64,000 nucleotides of DNA, taken from the NCBI GenBank assembly GCA_028712895.1, contig JAQTPL010000004.1:1682-65681 (forward strand), given 5' to 3'. The translations under genes and the position numbers were made by a program. Below, piece by piece: positions 20,178 through 29,810 of this stretch (the stretch's first letter is position 1; each line of letters opens with the position of its first letter). The notes beneath the pieces are model-generated. The model saw nothing but the letters and a program-made list of their open reading frames with translations, was not told where the DNA came from and did no database searches. Source of the DNA: a bacterium. Lineage in GTDB: Bacteria; CAYTYR01; UBA6262.

Positions 20178-21460
20178 GCCGTGCTCTCTTTCCCTATGGT
20201 TCTCCGATAGATGGCCAGCAGATCATCATTGAATACCGGAAGTTTCAACAGATCAGCTTTTGAATAACCAAGCAATTGCCGGTATAATTGCTGATCCGAC
20301 AGGATCTGGCTGGTTTTTGCCGCCAGATCTGCCGGATCATTGTGGGTAAAGGTATAACCATTTTTCCCATCTACTATAAATTCACCTATGCCGCCAATCT
20401 TGCTGGCAACTACCGGTCGGCCATAAAAAAGGGCTTCAACTAAGATAACCGGGCCAAACTCATTAGGCCATTGTTCAGGAACAATCATGATTTCACTAAA
20501 ATTGATCATATTCCTGACTTCAGCATTTTCCATCTTAGGAAGAAAGATCACAATTTCATTGAGTTCATTAACCGCAATAGATTTTTTTATTTTCGCTAAA
20601 TGCGCTGGTACGGCATCTCCGATGCCCACTAAAAGCCTGACTTGCTGATGCTTAACAGCGATCAAGCGCATAGCTGAAATCAGCACTTCCAAGCCTTTAT
20701 GGTAAGATACAGATCCCACGAATAAAAGGTAGCGCAGATCAGGGTCCAGGTTGTATTTTTTGGCTACCGCCGCTCGGTCTTCGAGTTGGATCGGTTTTGG
20801 CACATAGTAATAATTTACCTTGATTTTATCTTCTGCTATGCCGTGCTCGATAGCTCTCTTTTTAGAAGCCTCGGTCAAAGCAATATACAGGTCGATTCTC
20901 CTTAAAATAGCCTTAAGCAACACGGTCCGGTAGCAGGCAATCAGCTTTAGCATTGACCTGAGCAGGCTTTTAGCCGGCAGACCGGCAATGATCTGCATAC
21001 TGCATTCAGCACACCATATTCCCTGGTGTTTAGAACAAATAGATCCGTCATCCCGCAAAAAAGTATTCCGGTGGCAAATCAGGAAATAATCCAGAAAAGT
21101 ATAAGCAGTCTTAATACCCAGCAAGCGGGCGCTGATCATTACCGGTAACAATAAATATTTAGAGTGGAAGTGAATAATATCCGGCCTTATCTTTCTTAGT
21201 TTCACATAACAGTCTAGTATGGCCAAGGGATCTATTAGCGGCTGGAATAATCTGGCTATCTTTCCGTCTAATTTAAAAATAGAACGTACTGGCAGTAGTT
21301 TTTCTGAGGTTGTATGGGAAAACTCAAAAGGACTGGTCAGGATGCAAGCATCCACATTATTGCTATTCAAGGTTTCATAGAGGCGATAGCAGTATATTTC
21401 TGCCCCGCTCCATTTCTTGTGAAACCCGGGAATATAATCCGCAACCAGGCATACTTTCAT
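20174..21460 (-). CDS. GT4 (GT-B) glycosyltransferase
   Basis: ATG at 21460 lies just past the upstream stop (21471), whereas the track start 21520 overlaps it. NEFGPVILVEALFYGRPVVASKIGGIGEFIVDGKNGY. Confidence 0.75.
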   Translation of the reverse strand: MKVCLVADYIPGFHKKWSGAEIYCYRLYETLNSNNVDACILTSPFEFSHTTSEKLLPVRSIFKLDGKIARLFQPLIDPLAILDCYVKLRKIRPDIIHFHSKYLLLPVMISARLLGIKTAYTFLDYFLICHRNTFLRDDGSICSKHQGIWCAECSMQIIAGLPAKSLLRSMLKLIACYRTVLLKAILRRIDLYIALTEASKKRAIEHGIAEDKIKVNYYYVPKPIQLEDRAAVAKKYNLDPDLRYLLFVGSVSYHKGLEVLISAMRLIAVKHQQVRLLVGIGDAVPAHLAKIKKSIAVNELNEIVIFLPKMENAEVRNMINFSEIMIVPEQWPNEFGPVILVEALFYGRPVVASKIGGIGEFIVDGKNGYTFTHNDPADLAAKTSQILSDQQLYRQLLGYSKADLLKLPVFNDDLLAIYRRTIGKESTA

Positions 21461-21470
21461 TTTACCACCG

Positions 21471-22196
21471 TTAATAATGTCTGAAATAGGAATTAGCCCG
21501 GTCGATTTCTTCAGGCACATTCACATTAATATACTCATCGCAAATACTCAACGATTTGACCAGTTGGCCGTCATCAATAACTGCCTGGATCAAATCCGGA
21601 AGTTCTTTCTCGCCTCTTATTTGATTAAGCGGGGTTTTCTCTATATAGTCAAATATCTTATGCTTAAAAATACAATTGCCTGTGCCCATAATATTATTCT
21701 TAGGATGGTCCGGCTTTTCTATCAGCCGGCTAATAACGCCATTTTTATCCTGCGCCAAAGCATAGGTTTTTTTAATTAGGCTTTTATCTTTCACTTTTAC
21801 CACGCCACAAAGGCCAAAAAGGTTTTCTTTTTGGAATTTAGCCATAAATTCTTTATGCCTGGGATTCAACATCAATTCATCCCCAAGCATAAGCATAAAA
21901 TCGCTCCCGCCTAATACCCGTTGGCTGCAGGCGATAGCGTGAACCAATCCCGCTTGCTCGTTTTGTATAGCATACTTGACCGGTTTGCCCTGATAACTGT
22001 TCCCATACTGGCTAATTATATCCTCCGCCCGATAGCCGACCACCACAACTATTTCTTTTACTTCCGCGGCTAAGGCGTTTTCAAAACTGCATTCGATCAG
22101 TGGCTGCCCTTTGATATTGATCAGGCATTTGTTCTGATTAGCTGAATTTTCCTGTAACCGCTTGCCCCGTCCAGCGGCTAAAACAAGCGCTTTCAT
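21471..22196 (-). CDS. sugar-phosphate nucleotidyltransferase, specificity unknown
   Basis: MKALVLAAGRGKRL signature. 241 aa, single domain. Confidence 0.75.
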   Translation of the reverse strand: MKALVLAAGRGKRLQENSANQNKCLINIKGQPLIECSFENALAAEVKEIVVVVGYRAEDIISQYGNSYQGKPVKYAIQNEQAGLVHAIACSQRVLGGSDFMLMLGDELMLNPRHKEFMAKFQKENLFGLCGVVKVKDKSLIKKTYALAQDKNGVISRLIEKPDHPKNNIMGTGNCIFKHKIFDYIEKTPLNQIRGEKELPDLIQAVIDDGQLVKSLSICDEYINVNVPEEIDRANSYFRHY

Positions 22197-23233
22197 GCTT
22201 TGGCTCCCTTTTTAAAAAGATCAATGTTCTCCTTAACCCAATTTACCAGATTAGTTATTCCTTCTTTGGGCATAACTTTCGCTTCCCATTTTAAATTTTG
22301 CTTAACTTTGGCCGTATCACAGATAAAATACCTGAGATCACCGACCCGGTCAGGACAGTAATTTACCGGTATTTTCCGGCCAAGGATTTCCTGCAACACT
22401 TCTATGCATTCCAGCAGGGAAATAGCGGTTTTCGTATTGCCGCCGACATTGTATATACCCGGTTTCCTATTATTATAAAAGGCATCGAAAGCCGCACACA
22501 GATCGGTAGCATACAGGATATCCCTTATTTGCTTGCCGGTCCCATATATATTAATTGGTTCGCCCAACAAAGCCCGGATAGAAAAATTAGCCACCCACCC
22601 ATGGTCCTCTCCTCCCAATTGCCTGGGTCCATACAATCCGGTCAAACGGAAACTGGCAGCTTCAATTCCATAGGTGTCAATATAAGTTTGGATATACAAG
22701 TCCGCCGACCGCTTGGAAGCATGCAGCGGGGTTAATATTCCTTCAACAGTAGGATGATCCTCATTTATCGTCTCAGGATCCCTGGTATAGCGGGTTTTCC
22801 CCTCTTTTAAAGTCTCGTTAATTTTATTCCCGTAGACGTGAATAGTAGCACAGGACACCATCGGTATTTTATGCTGGCGGGCTATTTCCAGCACATTAAA
22901 GGTCCCGATGACGTTAGAAGTAAAATCGAGTTGTGGATCTTCCACGCTAATGGTGACCGCCGGCTGGGCCGCGGTATGAATGATAAAATCGCAGCCTTTA
23001 GCTGCTTTTTCCAGTTTATCATAGTCCCGGATATCCTGCTTTAGCATTTCTACACCCATTTTTTCCAATAGTTCCCAGTTATAATCCCTGGCTTTTCCTA
23101 CGGCGTATCCCGTGCGCATCAATTCATACTTAGTCATGTTATCATAAGCTATGACCTGGGCACCCTTTTTAATATAGTATTCACAGACATGAGAGCCAAT
23201 GAACCCGCATCCTCCAGTCACTAAAACTTTCAT
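22193..23233 (-). CDS. extended SDR, CDP-paratose/tyvelose 2-epimerase-like; catalytic Tyr apparently substituted
   Basis: MKVLVTGGCGFIGSH. GWVANF...YGTGKQIRDILYATDL resembles tyvelose epimerase as I recall it. The position of the YxxxK Tyr reads TPLHASK. Confidence 0.65.
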   Translation of the reverse strand: MKVLVTGGCGFIGSHVCEYYIKKGAQVIAYDNMTKYELMRTGYAVGKARDYNWELLEKMGVEMLKQDIRDYDKLEKAAKGCDFIIHTAAQPAVTISVEDPQLDFTSNVIGTFNVLEIARQHKIPMVSCATIHVYGNKINETLKEGKTRYTRDPETINEDHPTVEGILTPLHASKRSADLYIQTYIDTYGIEAASFRLTGLYGPRQLGGEDHGWVANFSIRALLGEPINIYGTGKQIRDILYATDLCAAFDAFYNNRKPGIYNVGGNTKTAISLLECIEVLQEILGRKIPVNYCPDRVGDLRYFICDTAKVKQNLKWEAKVMPKEGITNLVNWVKENIDLFKKGAKA

Positions 23234-24447
23234 TAGTTTCCCCCTTTATCGTTATTTTTCATATCATCTTGCACCCCATACTGTTTCTCCCTGAGGTTGG
23301 TATCATAACCGCGGCATTTCTGGCATAAATATGGGACTGGTCCGTTTTTCTTATTAACACTGGCCCGGGTTTTCTGGTACCGCGGTTTATTCCAGATCTG
23401 CTTAAAATCCTCTTCATATAAATTACCCAAAGCATCTTCCTTTAATTTTACCCGGTTGTTGGACATCAACAAGGCACAGTCTAATAAGGCTGAACCATCG
23501 ATCATGATGTAAGGCTGCAGCCATTTAGCGCAATAGTCGATACTGGCGCAGTTATTTGAGGTATGCGACCAGATCAGGTTAATATGGTATTTTTTAGCTA
23601 ACTGATTGGCTGCGGCGATGATCTCGGGCGGGATACTGCTGATATTCAGGTGGTCTATCTCTGGAAAACTTAATAATCCCACCACCTGGACATCCGTAAG
23701 CTTACCTAAATTTACGTCAAGATCATGCACTAATTCCAGCAATTTGGGTATCTCTGCCACGTTATCTTTCATAGCTATCAGCCGGAAGAAGATGTAAGGG
23801 AAAGGTGTCTTTTTTTCCTGTTTGATCTTTTTTAACGCTCTTAAATTGGTAATGACCCTGTCCCAATTTGCGCCAACTCGTATCTTCTCGTATATCGCCT
23901 TAGAAGCAGCATCTAAGGAGACTTCTATCCTCTCCACGTTTAAGTCGATTATTTTTTCCACAAAATCTTCCTTAAACAGGTCAAAACTTTCCACAAACAT
24001 GGTATTTACATTCTTTTTATTCAAGTAGTCCAGCATGTTGAAGAATTCTTTATTTAAAAAACCTGTACCCTCTCCGGTCACGTTGATGTAACGCAATTTG
24101 GGAAATTGGTCTATTATTTTCTTAAACTGTTCAAAGGTCATATCCTGGTGACGGTACTTTTCATCCTTCCAGTATGTATGTTCGCACATAACACAACGCA
24201 AGTAACATTTGGTCGTTATCTCTATTTCCAATTCTTTAGGATACGGGGCTAAAGCCGGAAATCTTCTAAAGAGCCAGTCAAACTTGCCTCCATCTATATC
24301 CCGCACCCAAAGCTGGCTCCAAATCAAATTATAGGCCTTTTTAAACTTTCCTTTTCCTATGAAATACAAAATCTCATCTAAATGTTTGGCTAAAAAATTT
24401 TTTACTCCTTTGAACTTTTTAACAAAATAACTAATAAAATTAGGCAT
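23233..24447 (-). CDS. radical SAM enzyme
   Basis: ITTKCYLRCVMCEH (CxxxCxxC). Additional C-terminal cysteines (CQKC). Confidence 0.75.
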   Translation of the reverse strand: MPNFISYFVKKFKGVKNFLAKHLDEILYFIGKGKFKKAYNLIWSQLWVRDIDGGKFDWLFRRFPALAPYPKELEIEITTKCYLRCVMCEHTYWKDEKYRHQDMTFEQFKKIIDQFPKLRYINVTGEGTGFLNKEFFNMLDYLNKKNVNTMFVESFDLFKEDFVEKIIDLNVERIEVSLDAASKAIYEKIRVGANWDRVITNLRALKKIKQEKKTPFPYIFFRLIAMKDNVAEIPKLLELVHDLDVNLGKLTDVQVVGLLSFPEIDHLNISSIPPEIIAAANQLAKKYHINLIWSHTSNNCASIDYCAKWLQPYIMIDGSALLDCALLMSNNRVKLKEDALGNLYEEDFKQIWNKPRYQKTRASVNKKNGPVPYLCQKCRGYDTNLREKQYGVQDDMKNNDKGGN

Positions 24448-26335
24448 TTAAATCCCTTTCCAAAGCAACTGAAAATAAGCTTTTCGGCGCAATAGTAAAA
24501 CAATTAAACTTTTTTCCCTGATACATTATTGTTATTTCCCCTTTTTTATTAGAATCATTCAACATTAATATTTTCCGGCCAGCCTGCATAATATAGATAT
24601 CCTGTTCCGATTCACCATAAAGACCAAGACCCGGCCAGGGATAGCGCCGGCCTTTATTAAAAACGTATATCCCTAATCCCGCTGTAAAATCCATAATAGT
24701 GCCGGGATTAATCTTGATCTTATACCCCTTTTCCAGCGGTTCAAATCCCGCTGGACTCCCCACTTCCAGATATATCCCTCCGGATTTTATCCAATCTGCT
24801 ATCTTCTCCTGCGTTAAGCTGTGGCCATAAGGATTTTGATAATTAATCAGGAAACGATACTGCTGCAGGATAGAATCCTGCACCAGTTTTTCATCAATAA
24901 TATCTAAATCCATCTTTTTTCTCAATTCCTTAGCCAAAGCTAGATTAAGATCTAAAGACTGCGGGCTTAAGGCTATGGAATCATTATTAAGCAGTAAAGC
25001 TGTTTCAGCTTTTCTGGCCCCGGCTACTTCAGGTGGTAGATTCTTAACCAGGTTACAGGCTACTGCGCTTGGCCTCCCTAAAGGGAGACAGTTATCGCTC
25101 TTGCCGGTGCAGGAAACTCTGGTGCCGTAATCTATCCCGAATAATGTTTTAAAATACAAACCTTTTATTCCTCCGGAAGCATAATCAAAGATCCTCATAG
25201 CCACTTCATCCGGAGCTGTTTCTATGGTTTCTTCAGTTTGGATATCTGCTCCATAGTACTTAGCAGCCGTTGATAACAAGCTTTTGTGGGCAAAACTAGC
25301 TGCATAATCACTGTTTAAATTAGTAATCCTGACCCCGGCTTTAAATTTGCCGCAGATCCTGGCTTGGGCGGAAAAATCCGCTCCAGTGATCACATCCCCA
25401 TAGCCTCCGGTAACCAGATAAACCGGAGTCCCCGGGAAGTGTTGTTTGGCCACTTGCAGCCATTTCCCGGCATATAAGGTCATCGCTTGGATATACCATT
25501 TCACAAAAGCCAGATGATGGTTGCGAACTAAGGGATTTTTCAGATCCCTGTTCGCCAGCCTGGTTTCATACCATTGTTCCAATTGTTGGGACACTGGATG
25601 ATCAGACGCTAATAGTTTATGCCAAAGTTTCCTTACACCTTTGCAGCCTAGGTCTTTCATCAGGTTAATGCGTTTGATCGGCCAGTCAATATCAGCCAAT
25701 GACGAATATTCTGTGCCCCAGTTTTTATTCAGGTTATCTATTGTCCCATATAATTCCGTGCAATAACTGATAAAATCCTGCCGGGCATATTGGTCATTGC
25801 ACCACCACCCGCTATGTTTATGCCCCCGGCGGTTTATCCCATCCGATGAGGGATATATAGCTTCACCCCAGACGCCGCTGATCCCTATCAACACACTTTC
25901 AATAACTTCATTTTTATTATATCTTTCTGCTATTAGCCTGATAAATCTCTCAACATAATCCATTAAATATGGATTCCAGATGGATTGGATATCACATTCC
26001 TGCCCATGTTCTATGCACTTGGCATACACTGATTGGGAGGAATCACTGAACCATTCAGGGATAGAGTAATTTGGCCCTAAAATTATAAAAGGCACCCATT
26101 TTAGCTTATGCGCTTTTATTTTTTCTACCACTTCATCATAAACAGTGAAGTCAAAGCTATCTTTAACCGGTTCAATTGCTGACCAATAAACATATGATTG
26201 AAGAGAAGTAATACCATATTTTTTTACTTCTTCATATATGCCGTCAGCCAGCAGTTCCGGTTTTAATTTGCCGAAAGCCTGCCATTGCTGGATAATCTGG
26301 GGGTTAGTCGCTATTTTCGGAGATGGATTTGGCAT
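24440..26335 (-). CDS. putative glycoside hydrolase, TIM-barrel clan GH-A (GH42-like); no signal peptide seen
   Basis: Start moved to ATG 26335, because the track start 26548 overlaps the upstream gene by about 200 nt. GITSLQSYVYWSAIEPVKDSFDFTVYDEVVEKIKAHKLKWVPFI. Confidence 0.4.
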   Translation of the reverse strand: MPNPSPKIATNPQIIQQWQAFGKLKPELLADGIYEEVKKYGITSLQSYVYWSAIEPVKDSFDFTVYDEVVEKIKAHKLKWVPFIILGPNYSIPEWFSDSSQSVYAKCIEHGQECDIQSIWNPYLMDYVERFIRLIAERYNKNEVIESVLIGISGVWGEAIYPSSDGINRRGHKHSGWWCNDQYARQDFISYCTELYGTIDNLNKNWGTEYSSLADIDWPIKRINLMKDLGCKGVRKLWHKLLASDHPVSQQLEQWYETRLANRDLKNPLVRNHHLAFVKWYIQAMTLYAGKWLQVAKQHFPGTPVYLVTGGYGDVITGADFSAQARICGKFKAGVRITNLNSDYAASFAHKSLLSTAAKYYGADIQTEETIETAPDEVAMRIFDYASGGIKGLYFKTLFGIDYGTRVSCTGKSDNCLPLGRPSAVACNLVKNLPPEVAGARKAETALLLNNDSIALSPQSLDLNLALAKELRKKMDLDIIDEKLVQDSILQQYRFLINYQNPYGHSLTQEKIADWIKSGGIYLEVGSPAGFEPLEKGYKIKINPGTIMDFTAGLGIYVFNKGRRYPWPGLGLYGESEQDIYIMQAGRKILMLNDSNKKGEITIMYQGKKFNCFTIAPKSLFSVALERDLNA

Positions 26336-26342
26336 AGCGCGA

Positions 26343-27083
26343 CTATTTTGTAGCCCTGATAATAACTCGCCCGTGCACCGGCATATCCCTCCTGAGCAAT
26401 CCTTTAGCCAGGTCTTTCCAATGTAGCGGGGTCTTATGGAGGACCTCAAATCCCGTGAAGCCAACATCCCGCAGCATCGCTTTGATGGCACTGATAGTAG
26501 GCAGGTGCCAATTAGTGGGATCCTGGTTAAAAGTAGACCCTTGCACATATTCCAGCAACGGCCGATTAGTCATATTTTTCAGGTAAGCTGTTTCTATGAC
26601 CAGTGTTTTTTTACAAACCTGGGCAATTTTTTCCAAGGCTAGAACCGGATACTTTAAATGATATAATACTCCTAAAAATAAAACCAGATCAAATTCGCCC
26701 AGCTTCTTCGAGTCTATATCATATACATCCAAGTCAACATACTTAACCTTAGACTGCAGGATCTCCTTAGCTACCTGAAATCCCTTAGTGCCCAAATTAG
26801 CATATTGTACTTCATCAGCCCTTTGCATGCGATACAGATTATCAATAGCCACTACTTCTTTGGCCCCTCTTTTTTCGCATTCGAAGCTGTAGAAACCATC
26901 CCAGGCGCCTATATCCAGGACCCTTTGCCCTTTTAAATCATCAGTCAAATCAAGCCGGTTTATAGTAATTAGATTATCCATTACTTTTCCCGGCGTAATA
27001 ATTCCTTCCCCTAAAGGGATAGAATGCCCCCAAAAAGGGACTTCTTTGATCTTAGCTAATATTTGTTCCTTGGACATCGTCAT
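26343..27083 (-). CDS. class I SAM-dependent methyltransferase
   Basis: Motif I RVLDIGAWDGFYSFE. 246 aa. Confidence 0.7.
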   Translation of the reverse strand: MTMSKEQILAKIKEVPFWGHSIPLGEGIITPGKVMDNLITINRLDLTDDLKGQRVLDIGAWDGFYSFECEKRGAKEVVAIDNLYRMQRADEVQYANLGTKGFQVAKEILQSKVKYVDLDVYDIDSKKLGEFDLVLFLGVLYHLKYPVLALEKIAQVCKKTLVIETAYLKNMTNRPLLEYVQGSTFNQDPTNWHLPTISAIKAMLRDVGFTGFEVLHKTPLHWKDLAKGLLRRDMPVHGRVIIRATK

Positions 27084-27095
27084 TCCGTTACCTCT

Positions 27096-28283
27096 CTATT
27101 GAGTTTTTATGTGCTCTAATAATTGCCGCCATTTCCCTTTGGCCTGGTCCGCGTCTAGTTCATCTTTTATTTTATCGCCAATCCCAATTTCTTCAGATTT
27201 TGCGACCTTCTTGATAAAACCGGTCGGTGCGGCGTCAAATAACAAAGCATCCAGATAGTCTCCGTGCCGGTGCTTTAACTGCAGTATGGGATATAAATAA
27301 TATGAAGGTATCCCCAGCGCGGCACTGCAGAAATTAGCCGAAGAAAAAAATGAAAATACCGCTTTTATCCTGCGAGCATTAAAAATGATCACTTTTTCCA
27401 GATATTCTTTCTGGTCGATCATGGTAATGCCGGCCAGGGAAACACCCTGGTAATCGGCTGGGGTGTCATGCGGATGCCATTTCATAAAAAGCTGTTTACC
27501 GGGATAAGCTGCCCTGATTCGGCCTAAAACCTCATTCATGATAGAGTTGAACCGTTCCCTTTCAGGGATATACGTCATAAGATTATGCCCGATGAACAGG
27601 ATCGTATCCTCAGGAAGAGACAAGACTTGCTCTTGGTCACTGAATTTTATCTGGTCCAGGGTCAAGGACATTTTTTCGTATTCCGATTTGTATCCTGGCG
27701 GACTGGAGCGATTAAAAAATATTTCTTTGGCAAACATATCAGTCCCTAACAGCCTATTGCCGATATTAACACTGCCGGGGACATATTGGTACCGGAGTAT
27801 CCTGCCATAAAACAGCAAAGAATAAAAGGAAAGCGCCAGGGTTCGCCAGAGGGATGTTTTTATATTATCCAGCAGATTATATTTTAAAGGATTCAGCTGA
27901 TAAACCAGGTGATAGGATTTAATCTGGTAATGTTTCTTTCTCAGTTCATCAATACGGCGGTAAAGATTCAAGCAAGACAATTCAGAGTCATCAAAAAAGA
28001 AAAATACCGCTGCTTCCGGGATCTCTATTTTCTTTATTGCCTGTTTATGCCGGATCGCCTGTTTTAAGCCTTTAATTAGATTCTTCTCATAATTACAATA
28101 CGGCAGATGATGCACCCGGTCAAAGTAATCTTCCAGCCTAAGCTGATCATATTTATAAAGTTTAGGATAATGGGTGATCAGCAGTTCAAACCTAATATTC
28201 TTGTCCAAATCACGCATTACCTGCGCCAGGCCTAATGAGATAATGATATCCACTTGCCTGATAGCGTGAAAATAATAAATCAT
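27096..28283 (-). CDS. hypothetical protein; possible GT-B CMP-sugar (sialyl/ulosonyl-type) transferase
   Basis: Ordered ILFIGHNL ... LFMKWHPHD ... VFSFFSSANFCSAALG. This recalls the HP and S-S motifs of bacterial sialyltransferase-like enzymes. A weak call by eye. Confidence 0.3.
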   Translation of the reverse strand: MIYYFHAIRQVDIIISLGLAQVMRDLDKNIRFELLITHYPKLYKYDQLRLEDYFDRVHHLPYCNYEKNLIKGLKQAIRHKQAIKKIEIPEAAVFFFFDDSELSCLNLYRRIDELRKKHYQIKSYHLVYQLNPLKYNLLDNIKTSLWRTLALSFYSLLFYGRILRYQYVPGSVNIGNRLLGTDMFAKEIFFNRSSPPGYKSEYEKMSLTLDQIKFSDQEQVLSLPEDTILFIGHNLMTYIPERERFNSIMNEVLGRIRAAYPGKQLFMKWHPHDTPADYQGVSLAGITMIDQKEYLEKVIIFNARRIKAVFSFFSSANFCSAALGIPSYYLYPILQLKHRHGDYLDALLFDAAPTGFIKKVAKSEEIGIGDKIKDELDADQAKGKWRQLLEHIKTQ

Positions 28284-28329
28284 TTATAATACCATCCTAC
28301 AACTAATAATTGATAAAAGTTACAACCAA

Positions 28330-29799
28330 CTAGTGCAGACGAAACAAGGCACGTATATAATGCAATTCTTTTGGGCTGAACGATCTTGTAGTAAAGAGAA
28401 ATATTACATAGGATATAATACCGGCCAAAACAGACAATAACAGATGATGATATAATAAATGCGTAAAATGTATCACGATACTCATTAAGAGTGCTGACAA
28501 TATGAATTTATTTATTTCTTTAGCCCCATATGTAAATACAAAATGACGCTTTACCGTTATATTAACGATACTAAAAGATATAAAAAAACTGATAAAAGAA
28601 GTGATCGCCGCCACCAGAATGCTTTTGTAAATACTGATAAATATCAAATTCAAGGTTAAACTAATTGTTCCTGAGATCATGTTAACATAAAAGAGCATTT
28701 TTGTTCTTAATTGGATCAACAAAAGATTAGTAAGGATCAAATTAATGCCATAGAATAGTATTCCTAAAGCAATAAAAGGAACGCACCAAAATGAAGCTTC
28801 CGCAACCTGCCAATTTGTAAACAACGCCAGGACATCTTTGCCAACTACTAAACTGCCGGCGATAAAGGGGATGGCTATGACCAGGAATAGCTTGATGCTA
28901 TAATGCAGAGTGTTCCTGACTTCATGAGATTTTTTCTCATCGGTAGCTTTAGCCAGGCTTGGCAGCAAGGACATATTCAAAGCTTTTGGCACCACGCCAA
29001 TAACCCCACCCACACTATGAGCGGGACTATAGAGGCCTACTGCGTTTGCCGATAATAATCCCCCAATAATATATCGGTCGCTGGAATACATAATAAATTC
29101 CAATATATATGAAAATATCAAGGGTATGCCAAGTCTTATATCCTCTATTATTTGTTTTACCTTTAAGGCCGGGATACTGAATCCGATCTCTCTTAATAAT
29201 TTTATCGTGACATAACTATAGGCCAGCAAACTGGAGTAAATCTCCGCTTGCAAAACCACATTAATAGTTTTTTCATTATAAACGAATATTCCGATCAGTA
29301 CAAATATAACCAGCAATAAAGAATTTGCGATAGCCGAATAGATCAAAATATTAATCCGGTGCGTAAAACGAAAAAAATGGGCTATCTGGCTACTCATAAA
29401 TTTTACCAGGATCACCAGGCATATCAGGCCCATAGAGAAATTAATCTCATTATGATAAATTGTTTTTTTTATCGATCCATCTAGACCCATTAAAAAAGCA
29501 AAAACCAGCATTAACACAAATAATTGGAAATAAAACTGCGGGTAAAACAACCTATTCCGCTCCTGAGGTTCAGCAGTAGACGGCACAAACCGCTTATACT
29601 TAAATCCCACCCCCAATGAGGATACAACACACAGGAATTCTACTCCGGTCTTTAACAAGACATAGCCGCCATAAATGGTAATGCCATAGTTTTTGACCAA
29701 AACTGGCAGCAAGATCAAGCCTTGCAAAGTAGAAAAAGCATACCATATAATAGTCAATATATTGTTTTTTATGAAATTACTTTTATAATCAGCCATCAA
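28330..29799 (-). CDS. Wzx-type flippase (MOP superfamily)
   Basis: 489 aa with about 12-14 hydrophobic helices, located inside a glycan locus. Confidence 0.7.
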   Translation of the reverse strand: MMADYKSNFIKNNILTIIWYAFSTLQGLILLPVLVKNYGITIYGGYVLLKTGVEFLCVVSSLGVGFKYKRFVPSTAEPQERNRLFYPQFYFQLFVLMLVFAFLMGLDGSIKKTIYHNEINFSMGLICLVILVKFMSSQIAHFFRFTHRINILIYSAIANSLLLVIFVLIGIFVYNEKTINVVLQAEIYSSLLAYSYVTIKLLREIGFSIPALKVKQIIEDIRLGIPLIFSYILEFIMYSSDRYIIGGLLSANAVGLYSPAHSVGGVIGVVPKALNMSLLPSLAKATDEKKSHEVRNTLHYSIKLFLVIAIPFIAGSLVVGKDVLALFTNWQVAEASFWCVPFIALGILFYGINLILTNLLLIQLRTKMLFYVNMISGTISLTLNLIFISIYKSILVAAITSFISFFISFSIVNITVKRHFVFTYGAKEINKFILSALLMSIVIHFTHLLYHHLLLSVLAGIISYVIFLFTTRSFSPKELHYIRALFRLH

Positions 29800-29810
29800 T
29801 CTTTTCTACC

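Noticed and set aside
26336-26548. N-terminal extension of ORF 24440-26548 (MCKGLLLTRIPLIG...)
   Set aside because: It overlaps the 3' end of the methyltransferase gene by about 200 nt and is Cys/Arg-rich nonsense-like. An ATG at 26335 lies just past the upstream stop.
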